A stretch of 64,000 bases of DNA, taken from Prevotella sp. GTDB taxonomy: Bacteria; Bacteroidota; Bacteroidia; Bacteroidales; Bacteroidaceae. Below the pieces are notes generated by a model. That model saw only the letters and a list, made by a program, of their open reading frames with translations. It was not told the DNA's origin and searched no databases. Below, piece after piece: positions 38,413 through 47,925 of the stretch (the first letter of the stretch is position 1; every line of letters begins with the position of its first letter). The translations under genes and the position numbers were made by a program. The stretch spans positions 49,375 through 113,374 of the forward strand of contig JAUNSB010000001.1 of the NCBI GenBank assembly GCA_030539375.1. Reading direction: 5' to 3'.

Positions 38413-38420
38413 TAACTTTG
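38413..38420 (+). promoter_or_regulatory. -7 promoter box (TAACTTTG) for the PUL regulator
   Basis: Exact TAnnTTTG match inside the ORF-track N-terminal extension, which supports the start at 38471 (MMRVAGQ). Confidence 0.45.
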
Positions 38421-38470
38421 CAGCCGAAACAAAAGATTTAAAAACTGCTGAATTAATTAAAGACATAATT

Positions 38471-41239
38471 ATGATGAGAGTGGCAGGTCAGAGACAATGG
38501 CGTTTCCGGTTTACTTGTTTTATTCTTACGCTGATGCTTGCTGCCGGCGCCTGCATGGCGTCTGTCTCCTGTCTGTGTCATACCATTACAGCCGAGGAGG
38601 GGCTGACCAGCAATTCGGTTCTTTCGGTGTTAAAGGACAAGACGGGCTTTATCTGGGTAGGCACGGAGAAAGGACTTTTGCGTTTTGACGGAAATAATAT
38701 AGTGGGCTATCCCGTCACTGCCGACGACGAGATTGTGGCAATGGACGAGATGGACGACGCACGGCTGCTTTACGGCACAGTGTCGCAGTTGAAGTCGTTC
38801 AACCGCTACGACAACACCGTGAAAACATACGATATTCCCTCCTCATACGTAAGGGCGGTGAAAACCGTTTCTTCCCGGGCGGCTCTTGTGGGCACCGACA
38901 ACGGGCTGTTTCTGCTCAACGGCGGAAAGATTGAGAAACTGATGCTGGAGACCGGTCTGTCGCTGAGCAACGAGATTACCGGGGTGAAGTCAGGCGGCAG
39001 GGGCATCTATTGGATTACCACTGCCGACGGGCTTGTGCGCTTTGACCTGAACAGGCGTACAAACAGGATATTCCGCCTGCCGGGCACCGGTGCCAAGACC
39101 AACTATTTCACCTGCCTGTCAATCTGTGGCGACAGGATTTTTCTCGGGACATTCAACAACGGCCTGTTCTCGTTCGACCTTAAAACGTGTACGTTTGCAA
39201 ACATCCCCGGATTTGAGCACAATCTTATACAGACAGTCTCCGCCCATCGTGATGCAGTATATATCGGCACCAATGGCAGGGGGCTGAAAATACTTGACCG
39301 GAAAACCTCGCACATAACCTCGCTGACTATAGACAAGAACCGCAACAACAGCCTGCACTCAAACACCATCACCTCGTTTCTCTACGACAGCGGAGTGCTG
39401 TGGATAGGCACACAGTTTGGAGGACTCAGCTATACGCCGAGGTCGGAGGACATGTTTAAAATCTACCGCCACGGCACGTTTAACTCAGCCGACTACCGCG
39501 TCACCTCGTTCTTCTTTTTCGAAGACGGCTCGAAGCTTGTGGGCACCCGCGACGGCTTGTTCTATTTAGGGAAAGGCGACAACGGGCAGGTGACACATTA
39601 CACGATAAACAAGGAACAGTCGGGACTCCGTTCTGACATTATAACATATATAGGCAGGACAAACGGCAAGATTCTGGTGTGCACATACGGAGGCGGAATA
39701 GTGGAATTTGACAAGCCCGGCCTGAGGCTGCGCGATATTTCCAGCAACGATATGTTCAGATTTGGCTGTGTATTCCAGTTTGAGCCCGACAGCGCCGGGA
39801 ATATATGGGTAGCCACTCAAGAAGGACTTTATCATGCCACTGCCGACGGCAGGATACTGAGCCACCTGAACCATCTGAACTCCCCGCTGCCCACCTCGAT
39901 CGTGAGGCGTGTCAAGTTCGACACAAAGGGCAGGCTGTGGGTTGGCACCAAGTTCGGTCTGTGTCTCCTCGACACCGTCACCGGCAAAATCTCTGTTGAC
40001 ATGCTCGACCGCCCCAAGCGCGACCACATCCATAACCTTTATCTTTCAAATAGCGGGCTGATGTTTGTATGCGGTGCAGGAGGACTGTCGATAGTAGGTC
40101 CTGAGCTCAAGACGCTCCGTCATTTCGACAAGTCAGGCTGGCTTAACGGCAGCTGGCCAGTAAGCGTGGCTGAGGGATGGAAACAGGGACAATACTGGAT
40201 AACCACGGAGAAAGAAATCATCAGCTACACGATGAAGGACACCGTGATTCAGCGTTTCTTGAAACAGGACGGCCTGCCCTCGCTGTCGTTCAACTACAAC
40301 AGCAGGATTGCTGCCGACGGCATAATCTATTTTGCCAATGAGGGGGGACTGGTGTGTTCAGACCTCCGCATGCCACGGCGCAGACTGAAGTCGCTGCCAG
40401 GCAAGCCCATCGTTGTGTCGTGTGCTTTCAACGACACGGTGGTGGATATACTGCGCATTCATGAAAGCCATACTTTCGTTATTCCCCACGATGCCGGCAC
40501 TGTGACTTTTAATGTCTCAAACATGAATTACACGCTGCCCTATTCCGACATTTACGAATACATGCTTGAGGGATATGACAGCGGATGGCGGCGGCTGGCG
40601 GGCAGCAACGTGATAACCTACAGGAATCTGCCTGCCGGCAACTATGAGCTGAAGTTGAGAAATCCCGACAACGGGCAGATGTCGGAGGTCAGGGTTGTCG
40701 TGGAGCGCTCTTATCTCAGCATTGCCGCCATTGCCTCTGCCGTGACAGCAGTGTTGGTGCTTGCCCTTTATTTCCTGAATCAAATCAGGGTGCTGCGCAT
40801 CCGTCTGCACCGTGAGCGCAAAATATTTGCCTCCACAACCAAAGGCGCCAAGGCGGAACAGGAGACGGGACTGCCGGCTCCCGATCCCGTGTTTGACAGA
40901 CTGCTCGACCACATGGACACCGTGAAGCCCTACCTCAATCCACGTCTCAACATAAAGGATGTTGCGGCAAGCCTTGGCGTTGCCGATATAGAACTGTCGA
41001 AATCGCTTCATAATTGCATGGATGTGAATTGGGCAACGTTTGTCAACACCTATCGTGTGAACGAGGTGAAGAAGCGCATTGAAAACGGCGAGCTCTCAGT
41101 GCTCACGCTTCAGGCACTGGCTGAGAAATGCGGCTTTGGAAGCAAGGCAACTTTCCACAGGGTGTTCAAGAATCTTAACGGCATCACACCTCTTGAATAT
41201 TGCGAGAGCTTAGGCATAAAAGTCACAGATAAAAACTGA
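38471..41239 (+). CDS. transmembrane one-component regulator: periplasmic two-component-regulator-propeller repeats + Y_Y_Y domain, one TM helix, cytoplasmic AraC-type HTH
   Basis: Propeller repeats (GLTSNSVLSVLKDKTGFIWVGTEKGLLRFD and others). YYY region YEYMLEGYDSGWRRL...NLPAGNYELKLR. TM helix YLSIAAIASAVTAVLVLALYFL. AraC HTH LNIKDVAASLGV...GFGSKATFHRVFKNLNGITPLEY. I recognise no HisKA, HATPase or receiver motifs. Confidence 0.75.
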   Translation: MMRVAGQRQWRFRFTCFILTLMLAAGACMASVSCLCHTITAEEGLTSNSVLSVLKDKTGFIWVGTEKGLLRFDGNNIVGYPVTADDEIVAMDEMDDARLLYGTVSQLKSFNRYDNTVKTYDIPSSYVRAVKTVSSRAALVGTDNGLFLLNGGKIEKLMLETGLSLSNEITGVKSGGRGIYWITTADGLVRFDLNRRTNRIFRLPGTGAKTNYFTCLSICGDRIFLGTFNNGLFSFDLKTCTFANIPGFEHNLIQTVSAHRDAVYIGTNGRGLKILDRKTSHITSLTIDKNRNNSLHSNTITSFLYDSGVLWIGTQFGGLSYTPRSEDMFKIYRHGTFNSADYRVTSFFFFEDGSKLVGTRDGLFYLGKGDNGQVTHYTINKEQSGLRSDIITYIGRTNGKILVCTYGGGIVEFDKPGLRLRDISSNDMFRFGCVFQFEPDSAGNIWVATQEGLYHATADGRILSHLNHLNSPLPTSIVRRVKFDTKGRLWVGTKFGLCLLDTVTGKISVDMLDRPKRDHIHNLYLSNSGLMFVCGAGGLSIVGPELKTLRHFDKSGWLNGSWPVSVAEGWKQGQYWITTEKEIISYTMKDTVIQRFLKQDGLPSLSFNYNSRIAADGIIYFANEGGLVCSDLRMPRRRLKSLPGKPIVVSCAFNDTVVDILRIHESHTFVIPHDAGTVTFNVSNMNYTLPYSDIYEYMLEGYDSGWRRLAGSNVITYRNLPAGNYELKLRNPDNGQMSEVRVVVERSYLSIAAIASAVTAVLVLALYFLNQIRVLRIRLHRERKIFASTTKGAKAEQETGLPAPDPVFDRLLDHMDTVKPYLNPRLNIKDVAASLGVADIELSKSLHNCMDVNWATFVNTYRVNEVKKRIENGELSVLTLQALAEKCGFGSKATFHRVFKNLNGITPLEYCESLGIKVTDKN

Positions 41240-41248
41240 TTATTACCA

Positions 41249-41275
41249 GTCTCAAAAAAAATGAGACACTTTTGT
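41249..41275 (+). terminator. weak hairpin after the regulator gene
   Basis: GTCTC, an A-rich loop, GAGAC, then CTTTTGTTACTTTTG. The stem is only 5 bp. Confidence 0.25.
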
Positions 41276-41385
41276 TACTTTTGTATATATTTGCTAATTA
41301 GTGCTTTATGTGTAATTGATACCTGTCTCTATTTTATTGGGGCAATCTTGTGTAAAATGGTGTTGGCAGGACTGTTTCTTTTATA

Positions 41386-41393
41386 TAATTTTG
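41386..41393 (+). promoter_or_regulatory. -7 promoter box (TAATTTTG) for the susC-like operon
   Basis: Exact TAnnTTTG match. The ORF-track start (41411) lies too close, so the MKHRLSKW start at 41492 is preferred. Confidence 0.5.
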
Positions 41394-41491
41394 CACCGTG
41401 AAACAAAAAAATGGGCTGTCTCCGGGCGGTTCTGATGTTTCCAGACAGGCAATTATATGTAAAAGTATTAAATAACAAAAAAACTAACATT

Positions 41492-44400
41492 ATGAAACAT
41501 CGATTAAGCAAATGGGCATCACAGATGCCGATTCTGTTGTTTCCCCTGGGAGCGGCATTGTGTGTGCCTGCCGTAGTTACGGCGGCTCCGGCAAGCGCTG
41601 TCCAGGACAAGTCGGAAGTTGTTTCCGGTGAGGTGCTCGATGCCTCGGGAGAACCTTTGATTGGGGCAAGCGTGCTTGTGAAAGAGACCAAGCAGGGCGT
41701 AGTGACCGATTTGGACGGAAAGTTCCGGATTACTGCGTCGAAGGGCTCAACATTGGTTGTGAGCTACATCGGCTGCAAGACAAAGGAAGTGAGAGTTACA
41801 GGTCCTTCGCTTGTCATAACGCTCGACGACGACAACTCCGTGCTCGGAGAAGTCGTAGTGGTGGGTTACGGCACCCAGAAAAAGGAAACCCTCACAGGAG
41901 CGGTGACAGTTGTGGGCGAGAAGTCGCTTGCCAACAAGGGTACACTTTCAAGCCCTGTGCAGGCACTTCAGGGACAGGTGCCCGGCGTTGTCATCACCCG
42001 TGGCAGTTCGGCTCCGGGCGATGAGTCGTGGAACATGTCGCTCCGCGGTGCCGTGTCGAAGAACTCCACTCCTCCGCTGGTAATCATCGACGGCGTTGAG
42101 TATGAGAGCGTCAACGAGCTTCGCCTTCTCAATCCGTCGGATATTGAGTCGATAAACTTCCTTAAAGATGCCGCCGCCTCAATCTATGGAAGCAAGGCAG
42201 CAGGCGGCGTGGTGCTGGTGACCACAAAGAACGCCAAGGAGGCAGGCCGTGTGAAGGTAGAATACAGTGGCTCGTATACATTCAAGAACATTGGTCTCTC
42301 GGCAGAGCTCATGAGTCTCGACCAGTGGGCTGACGCTGTTGTGGCTGCACGCACCAACGACGGCTACGGCTCTGACGATACCTGGATAAAGTATGCCAAG
42401 ATGGCAAAGCAGTACCGCAACAAATACATTGACCTCAGACATTCTGTGGACCCGATCGGGCTTGGCGACATTGACGACCTCGTGTTCTTCGACACCGACT
42501 GGCAGGATATCATGTGGGGCAACTCATGGTCTACGCAGCATGAGCTGTCGGTATCGGGAGGCACGGAGAAGAATCTCTACCGCCTGTCGGGAGGATATAT
42601 GTATGATGACTCAAACCTGAAATGGGGCAACAACCACAACCAGCGTGTGAACTTCCGCCTGAACAACACCTTCAAGCTCAGCGACAAGCTGACACTCCAG
42701 TCGGTGATTGGCTATAACCGTCAGGACCAGGTGGCGCCCACGCAGATTGGAAGTGCGCTGAACACCAATTCACAACAGCCAGGATTCCCCGCATCGACCA
42801 TCGACGGCAAGCCTTACGGATGGGGAGGCAGCAAATGGGCAACTCCCAACTGGCTGTGCGAGCTTGGCGGCGACAACTGGCTTAAAGTGTCGGCAATAAA
42901 CATCAGCGAGACTCTGCGCTATGAGATTATCCCCGGTCTTACAGCCAACGCTGTGGTGGGCTACAACACTTCGAGCGCTACACGCGATGTAAAGTCGGAG
43001 GCAATCGACTTCTATAACTATGCAGGCGACAAGAAACTGTGGCAGAAGCCAACACAGAGCGACAGCTATTATGAAAGCTCGTTTGGCAACACCGATTTCT
43101 ATTCGCTGCAGGGTTATCTTAACTGGAGTCACACTTTCAAGAAGGACCATAGTCTGGCATTGATGGGCGGCTGGCAGTATAACTACAAGACTTATAAGTA
43201 TGCCAAGACAAAAGTAAAGGATATACAGTCGTCGATGGATATTCCAAACGGTTCGGGCGAGGTTACAATCCCTGAGGCTCACAACTGGGAAGAGGCAATA
43301 ATGTCATACTACGGCCGTCTAAACTATGGATTCCAAAGCAAGTATCTCATTGAGGGACAGTTCCGCTACGACGGCAGTTCAAAGTTCCAGGCTGATAACC
43401 GTTGGGCATTCTTCTGGGGCGTATCGGCAGGATGGCGTATTGATCAGGAGAAATTCATGGAGGGCACACGCAATTGGCTTTCCAACCTGAAGCTCCGCGC
43501 ATCGTATGGCAATGTGGGCAACCAAAGCGGCATTGACCGTTATTCAGGACAGATGCTCTATAAATTCACCCAAACGGGAAAAGTGATGATTGGAGGACAG
43601 ATGGTGAGCACCATCGACACTAACGGCAAATTGATAAGCCTTGACCGCTCGTGGGAGCGCGTACACAACTATAACGTGGGTCTTGACTTCGGACTATTCG
43701 ACAACAAATTGTCGGGTACAGTGGAAACATTTTGGAAAAAGACAAACAACATGCTTATCGACGTGACCTATCCGCACATTCTTGGAGATGCCGCACCCAC
43801 AGCCAACCTCGGAAAATTCAAGGCATGGGGCTATGAGGGCAGTGTGAGCTGGAACGATAAGATCGGCGATGTGTCATATCATATAGGCGGAACATTCACA
43901 TACGTTGACAATGAGCTTGTCGACAATGGCGGCAGCGGTGCGCTGAAGAATGGCGTACGCTCAGACCGTGAGGGCTATCCGCTCAATTCTGTATTTGGCT
44001 TGCGCTATTGCGGAAAGATTCAGACAGAGGAGCAGCTCCGCCGCTATAAGGAACGTTATGCCAGCAATTCGAGTGTGGGCAATATCGGTCTGCTGCGTCT
44101 CGGTGACAATATGTTCCAGGATGTCAATGATGACGGGAAGCTTGACGCAAACGACTATGTGTATCTTGGCACTGACGACCCGAAGATACAGTTCTCGTTC
44201 AATCTCGGAGCTGAATGGAAGGGATTCGACGTAAACTTCATATTCCAGGGAGCAGCCAAGCGCACGGTATGGAGAACCGACGGCAACAACAATCCTGACA
44301 TCTGGCGCATACCTCAGCGTGCCGTGTACATGAACCAGAGCAACCACTGGATAGGCGATGTTTGGAGTCTCGACAATCCCGGCGGCAACTATCCGTCGCT

Positions 44401-44692
44401 TACCAACCAGAGCGACATCAACACCTATAACTATCAGTGCTCGTCGTGGTCGGTGGAGGACGGCAGCTATCTGCGTCTCAAAAATGTCACAGTTGGCTAC
44501 ACTCTGCCTAAGAGCTTGATTGCAAAGACAAAAGTTATCTCTAATCTCCGCATCTATGCCACCGGTACCGACCTGTGGGAGATAAGTCATATCAAAGACG
44601 GCTGGGATCCGGAGGCTGCACGCACGATAACTGCCGCACGCCGCTATCCGTTCCTGCGTACATGGACAATAGGCGCCAACATTACATTCTAA
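41492..44692 (+). CDS. SusC/RagA-family TonB-dependent outer-membrane transporter
   Basis: Signal peptide, carboxypeptidase-regulatory-like domain (VVSGEVLDASGEPLIGASVLVKETKQGVVTDLDGKFRI), plug (VVVGYGTQKKETLTGAV) and a C-terminal barrel ending ...TWTIGANITF. Confidence 0.9.
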   Translation: MKHRLSKWASQMPILLFPLGAALCVPAVVTAAPASAVQDKSEVVSGEVLDASGEPLIGASVLVKETKQGVVTDLDGKFRITASKGSTLVVSYIGCKTKEVRVTGPSLVITLDDDNSVLGEVVVVGYGTQKKETLTGAVTVVGEKSLANKGTLSSPVQALQGQVPGVVITRGSSAPGDESWNMSLRGAVSKNSTPPLVIIDGVEYESVNELRLLNPSDIESINFLKDAAASIYGSKAAGGVVLVTTKNAKEAGRVKVEYSGSYTFKNIGLSAELMSLDQWADAVVAARTNDGYGSDDTWIKYAKMAKQYRNKYIDLRHSVDPIGLGDIDDLVFFDTDWQDIMWGNSWSTQHELSVSGGTEKNLYRLSGGYMYDDSNLKWGNNHNQRVNFRLNNTFKLSDKLTLQSVIGYNRQDQVAPTQIGSALNTNSQQPGFPASTIDGKPYGWGGSKWATPNWLCELGGDNWLKVSAINISETLRYEIIPGLTANAVVGYNTSSATRDVKSEAIDFYNYAGDKKLWQKPTQSDSYYESSFGNTDFYSLQGYLNWSHTFKKDHSLALMGGWQYNYKTYKYAKTKVKDIQSSMDIPNGSGEVTIPEAHNWEEAIMSYYGRLNYGFQSKYLIEGQFRYDGSSKFQADNRWAFFWGVSAGWRIDQEKFMEGTRNWLSNLKLRASYGNVGNQSGIDRYSGQMLYKFTQTGKVMIGGQMVSTIDTNGKLISLDRSWERVHNYNVGLDFGLFDNKLSGTVETFWKKTNNMLIDVTYPHILGDAAPTANLGKFKAWGYEGSVSWNDKIGDVSYHIGGTFTYVDNELVDNGGSGALKNGVRSDREGYPLNSVFGLRYCGKIQTEEQLRRYKERYASNSSVGNIGLLRLGDNMFQDVNDDGKLDANDYVYLGTDDPKIQFSFNLGAEWKGFDVNFIFQGAAKRTVWRTDGNNNPDIWRIPQRAVYMNQSNHWIGDVWSLDNPGGNYPSLTNQSDINTYNYQCSSWSVEDGSYLRLKNVTVGYTLPKSLIAKTKVISNLRIYATGTDLWEISHIKDGWDPEAARTITAARRYPFLRTWTIGANITF

Positions 44693-44713
44693 CCTTTAAA
44701 ATATAGAACAACG

Positions 44714-46453
44714 ATGAAAAGATTTTTCAAATATATTGCTGTGGCAATCCTTTCTTCAGGTATCTCCTCCTGTCTGGATTTTGACCCCAAAGAGCAACTT
44801 GCCGACGGCAACCTGTGGGGAAAGCCAGGCGACTTTGAAGCTGCCGCCAACCTGTTTTATGAATGGACTCCAGGCTTCGGACTGGCATTCAACGACTATA
44901 TCCATTCCGACCAGCGCAGCGACTTAATAATAGACAAGAGTGCAAAGAACGTCTACAGCAACGGTACAAACACCGTGCCTGCCTCTGACGGCGACTACAC
45001 TAACGGTTACAAGCACATCTACCGCTGCAACCTGTTGTTGAAACACTCGGAGAACTATTCCAATCCCGATGAAATCCGCCAGTCGGTGGGTGAAGCATAT
45101 TTCTTCCGTGCATGGAGCTATTTCCAGTTGGTGCAGAAGTATGGTGACGTAATAATTGTAAAAACTCCAATTGACGTAAATGATCCCGCAATGAACGCCA
45201 AGCGCGATTCGCGCAGCGATGTGGTTGACTTTATTGTGGACGACCTGAACAGGGCTGCCGAATATCTTAAGCCTACATCAGAGGTGGCAGAAGGCCGCGT
45301 GGGCAGCGAGGGTGCGCAGGCATTCCTCAGCCGTGTAGCCCTATATGAAGGAACGTGGCAGAAATTCCGCGGCAACGAGAGCCGTGGTGTTGAGCTTTGC
45401 GGCATAGCTGCCGATGCCGCGAGGAGCGTCATAGACTCAAGGCAGTTTGAACTGTTTGCACCCGAGGCTCTCGGTGACAGTGCACAGAAATATATGTTCA
45501 TTCTTGAGGATGTGAAGTGCAACCCTGCCGGACTGACCAAGAGCAGCAACCGTGAGTATATATTCAAGCGCTGCTATGACCAGACGCTCAACCCCAACGG
45601 AAAGAATCTTACCAAAGCCATATTGTGTAACGCACAGCTTGTGTCAGCCAAGTTTGCAAATATGTATCTCTGCTCCGACGGTCTGCCTATCGAGAAGTCT
45701 CCAAACTTCAAGGGCTATGAGACTATCAAGAGCGAATGGGAAAACCGCGACAACCGCATGCGCTATACTTTGTGCCGTCCGGGCGACTTCTTCTGGAGTA
45801 ACAATAATCCGCGTATCGACTGGAGCGGCAGCAAGGAAGAGATAGCTGTGTCTCAAACCGTAAGCGTTAATCCTGCAGCAATCTCTACAGGACTCATTCC
45901 TAATGGCGGTACAGGCTATTATCCGCAGAAAATGGCTACTGAGCGTCAGGTTGAAGACCGTTATGAAAGCTATGACTGGCCTATCATTCGCTATGCCGAG
46001 GTGCTTCTCAACTATGCCGAGGCTGTGTTTGAGCGCGACGGAGCCATCTCTGACCGCGACCTTGACATCTCGCTCAATCTCACACGTCAGCGTGTAAACA
46101 AGAAAATGCCAAAGCTGTCGAACAGTTTCGTTACAGCCAACGGCTTGAGCATGCGTGAGGAGATACGCCGTGAGCGCACCATAGAGCTGTTTCAGGAAGG
46201 TTTCCGCATTGACGACCTCAAACGCTGGAAGACGGCTGAGGTGGAAATGCCAATGGATTTCCTCGGTATCAGGTGGATAGGCGAGTGGCGCAGCAAGTGG
46301 GGCAACATGTCGCTTCCGGTAAATGCCACCGGCAACATCATCTATGAGTCGGGCCGCAAATGGGAGGAGAAAAATTATCTTTATCCTCTGCCGGTGGACG
46401 AGCTTCAGCTGAATCCTAATCTTGGGCAGAACCCGGGATGGGCTGGAATTTAA
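44714..46453 (+). CDS. SusD/RagB-family nutrient-binding lipoprotein
   Basis: Lipobox SSGISSC. TPR-like SusD core (AYFFRAWSYFQLVQKYGDVIIV, RYAEVLLNYAEA, ERTIELFQEGFRIDDLKRW). Immediately downstream of the susC-like gene. Confidence 0.9.
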   Translation: MKRFFKYIAVAILSSGISSCLDFDPKEQLADGNLWGKPGDFEAAANLFYEWTPGFGLAFNDYIHSDQRSDLIIDKSAKNVYSNGTNTVPASDGDYTNGYKHIYRCNLLLKHSENYSNPDEIRQSVGEAYFFRAWSYFQLVQKYGDVIIVKTPIDVNDPAMNAKRDSRSDVVDFIVDDLNRAAEYLKPTSEVAEGRVGSEGAQAFLSRVALYEGTWQKFRGNESRGVELCGIAADAARSVIDSRQFELFAPEALGDSAQKYMFILEDVKCNPAGLTKSSNREYIFKRCYDQTLNPNGKNLTKAILCNAQLVSAKFANMYLCSDGLPIEKSPNFKGYETIKSEWENRDNRMRYTLCRPGDFFWSNNNPRIDWSGSKEEIAVSQTVSVNPAAISTGLIPNGGTGYYPQKMATERQVEDRYESYDWPIIRYAEVLLNYAEAVFERDGAISDRDLDISLNLTRQRVNKKMPKLSNSFVTANGLSMREEIRRERTIELFQEGFRIDDLKRWKTAEVEMPMDFLGIRWIGEWRSKWGNMSLPVNATGNIIYESGRKWEEKNYLYPLPVDELQLNPNLGQNPGWAGI

Positions 46454-46482
46454 AAATATAAAACCATAAAAAAGAAACAGTA

Positions 46483-47904
46483 ATGAAAACCATACATAAA
46501 TATCGTGTTTTAGCTTTAGGGGTGAGTCTCTTCTCCATCGGAGCAATGATGACTTCCTGCAGTGACGACAAGGAACTGACTCTTGACGGTGAAGAAGCCC
46601 GTCTGGTGAGCGAGATAACTTTTAAGGTGAGCGAGACCCTCCCACTGGCGATAGGGCAGGACTCAACTTTGGTGTACACCGTAGGTCCTGAGACAGCCGA
46701 CGACATGACCATAGTGTTCAAATCGTCTGATGAAAGTGTGGCAACAGTAGGTCAGGACGGTACAATCCATGGCGTAGGGCTTGGCGAAGCCGTGGTTACA
46801 GCCACTCCTCCAATCGGTTTCGGTGCCATTGCGTCTGTTGTGGTGAAAGTTGTTCCCGAAATCATAAAGGCAACGGAAATAAATGTAATCAATACTACTC
46901 CTGCCGGTGAGGACGGGGTATTCTATGAGACAGACGAACTGCAGCTCAAGGCAGAGATTCTTCCCGCCGACCATACCTATTCGTATGTTACATGGCATTC
47001 TTCCAACGCCGAAGTGGCATCGGTCGACGAGAACGGTCTTGTGAAATGTCTTGCTCCCGGCAAGACGGTCATTACAGTGACTGCCCACGACAAGAGCGGT
47101 GTGAAAGGAACATTTGAGCTTGATGTCAAGCCGTATATAGCAGCCACTGCCGTAAACATCACTCCTCTCACCGAGCCTGTCTGCCTCAGCCGCGGAGCAG
47201 TGGCGCTCAATGTTACATACACACCGGCAAATGCAACTGCCGGTTCGGTAGAGTGGACATCTTCAGATGAGAGTGTGCTCACCGTTAAGCGTGGAGTGGT
47301 TACTCCTACAGGCTTCGGTACCGCAACCGTTATGGCACGCTGTCTGGATAACGGTGAGACAGCAACCACACAGGTGACCGTTGAGCCAGGCTGGCTGATA
47401 TTCGACGCACAGAACAAGTGGAACGGATGGATTCCGTCAAACAACCAGGCTGCCGATGAGCGCGGTGACAAGACATGGCGCATCTATTTCCCCGATGCAG
47501 GCTCAGGCAAATGGCGCCGCGACATAAAGGTTGACTGTAGTGCAAGCAAGCCGTTTAAACTGGGACTCGGCAAGTATCCTGTGATGGCTGTACGCATCAA
47601 CAAGCAAAAGGGCGGCAATGCGACACTCGACATGGTGGAAACTACACTTGGAGGTGGCGGCAACCCAAATCCCAAGGATGGTATAACACTCTCTGACGGC
47701 ACACAGCTCCTTATATATAATATAGGTGCAAAATATTCTGGAGCCGATTTGACATCATTTAGAGTATTCCAGATAAAGATGGCAGACATACCTAACGGCA
47801 ACGTTGACCGCAATGCCATGTACTATGACATATACTGGATACGTACATTCAAGTCAGAGGATGACGCGAAGGCTTTTGCCGAACAAGAAATAGCTAATCA
47901 ATAA
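46483..47904 (+). CDS. surface lipoprotein with three Big_2 (bacterial Ig-like) domains and a C-terminal beta-sandwich domain (SGBP candidate)
   Basis: Lipobox MMTSCSDD. There are three repeats of the Big_2 pattern (SSDESVATVGQDGTIHGVGLGEAVVTAT, SSNAEVASVDENGLVKCLAPGKTVITVTA, SSDESVLTVKRGVVTPTGFGTATVMA). The position after susD is typical of surface glycan-binding proteins. Confidence 0.65.
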   Translation: MKTIHKYRVLALGVSLFSIGAMMTSCSDDKELTLDGEEARLVSEITFKVSETLPLAIGQDSTLVYTVGPETADDMTIVFKSSDESVATVGQDGTIHGVGLGEAVVTATPPIGFGAIASVVVKVVPEIIKATEINVINTTPAGEDGVFYETDELQLKAEILPADHTYSYVTWHSSNAEVASVDENGLVKCLAPGKTVITVTAHDKSGVKGTFELDVKPYIAATAVNITPLTEPVCLSRGAVALNVTYTPANATAGSVEWTSSDESVLTVKRGVVTPTGFGTATVMARCLDNGETATTQVTVEPGWLIFDAQNKWNGWIPSNNQAADERGDKTWRIYFPDAGSGKWRRDIKVDCSASKPFKLGLGKYPVMAVRINKQKGGNATLDMVETTLGGGGNPNPKDGITLSDGTQLLIYNIGAKYSGADLTSFRVFQIKMADIPNGNVDRNAMYYDIYWIRTFKSEDDAKAFAEQEIANQ

Positions 47905-47925
47905 ACATTTATCAACGATTGTATT

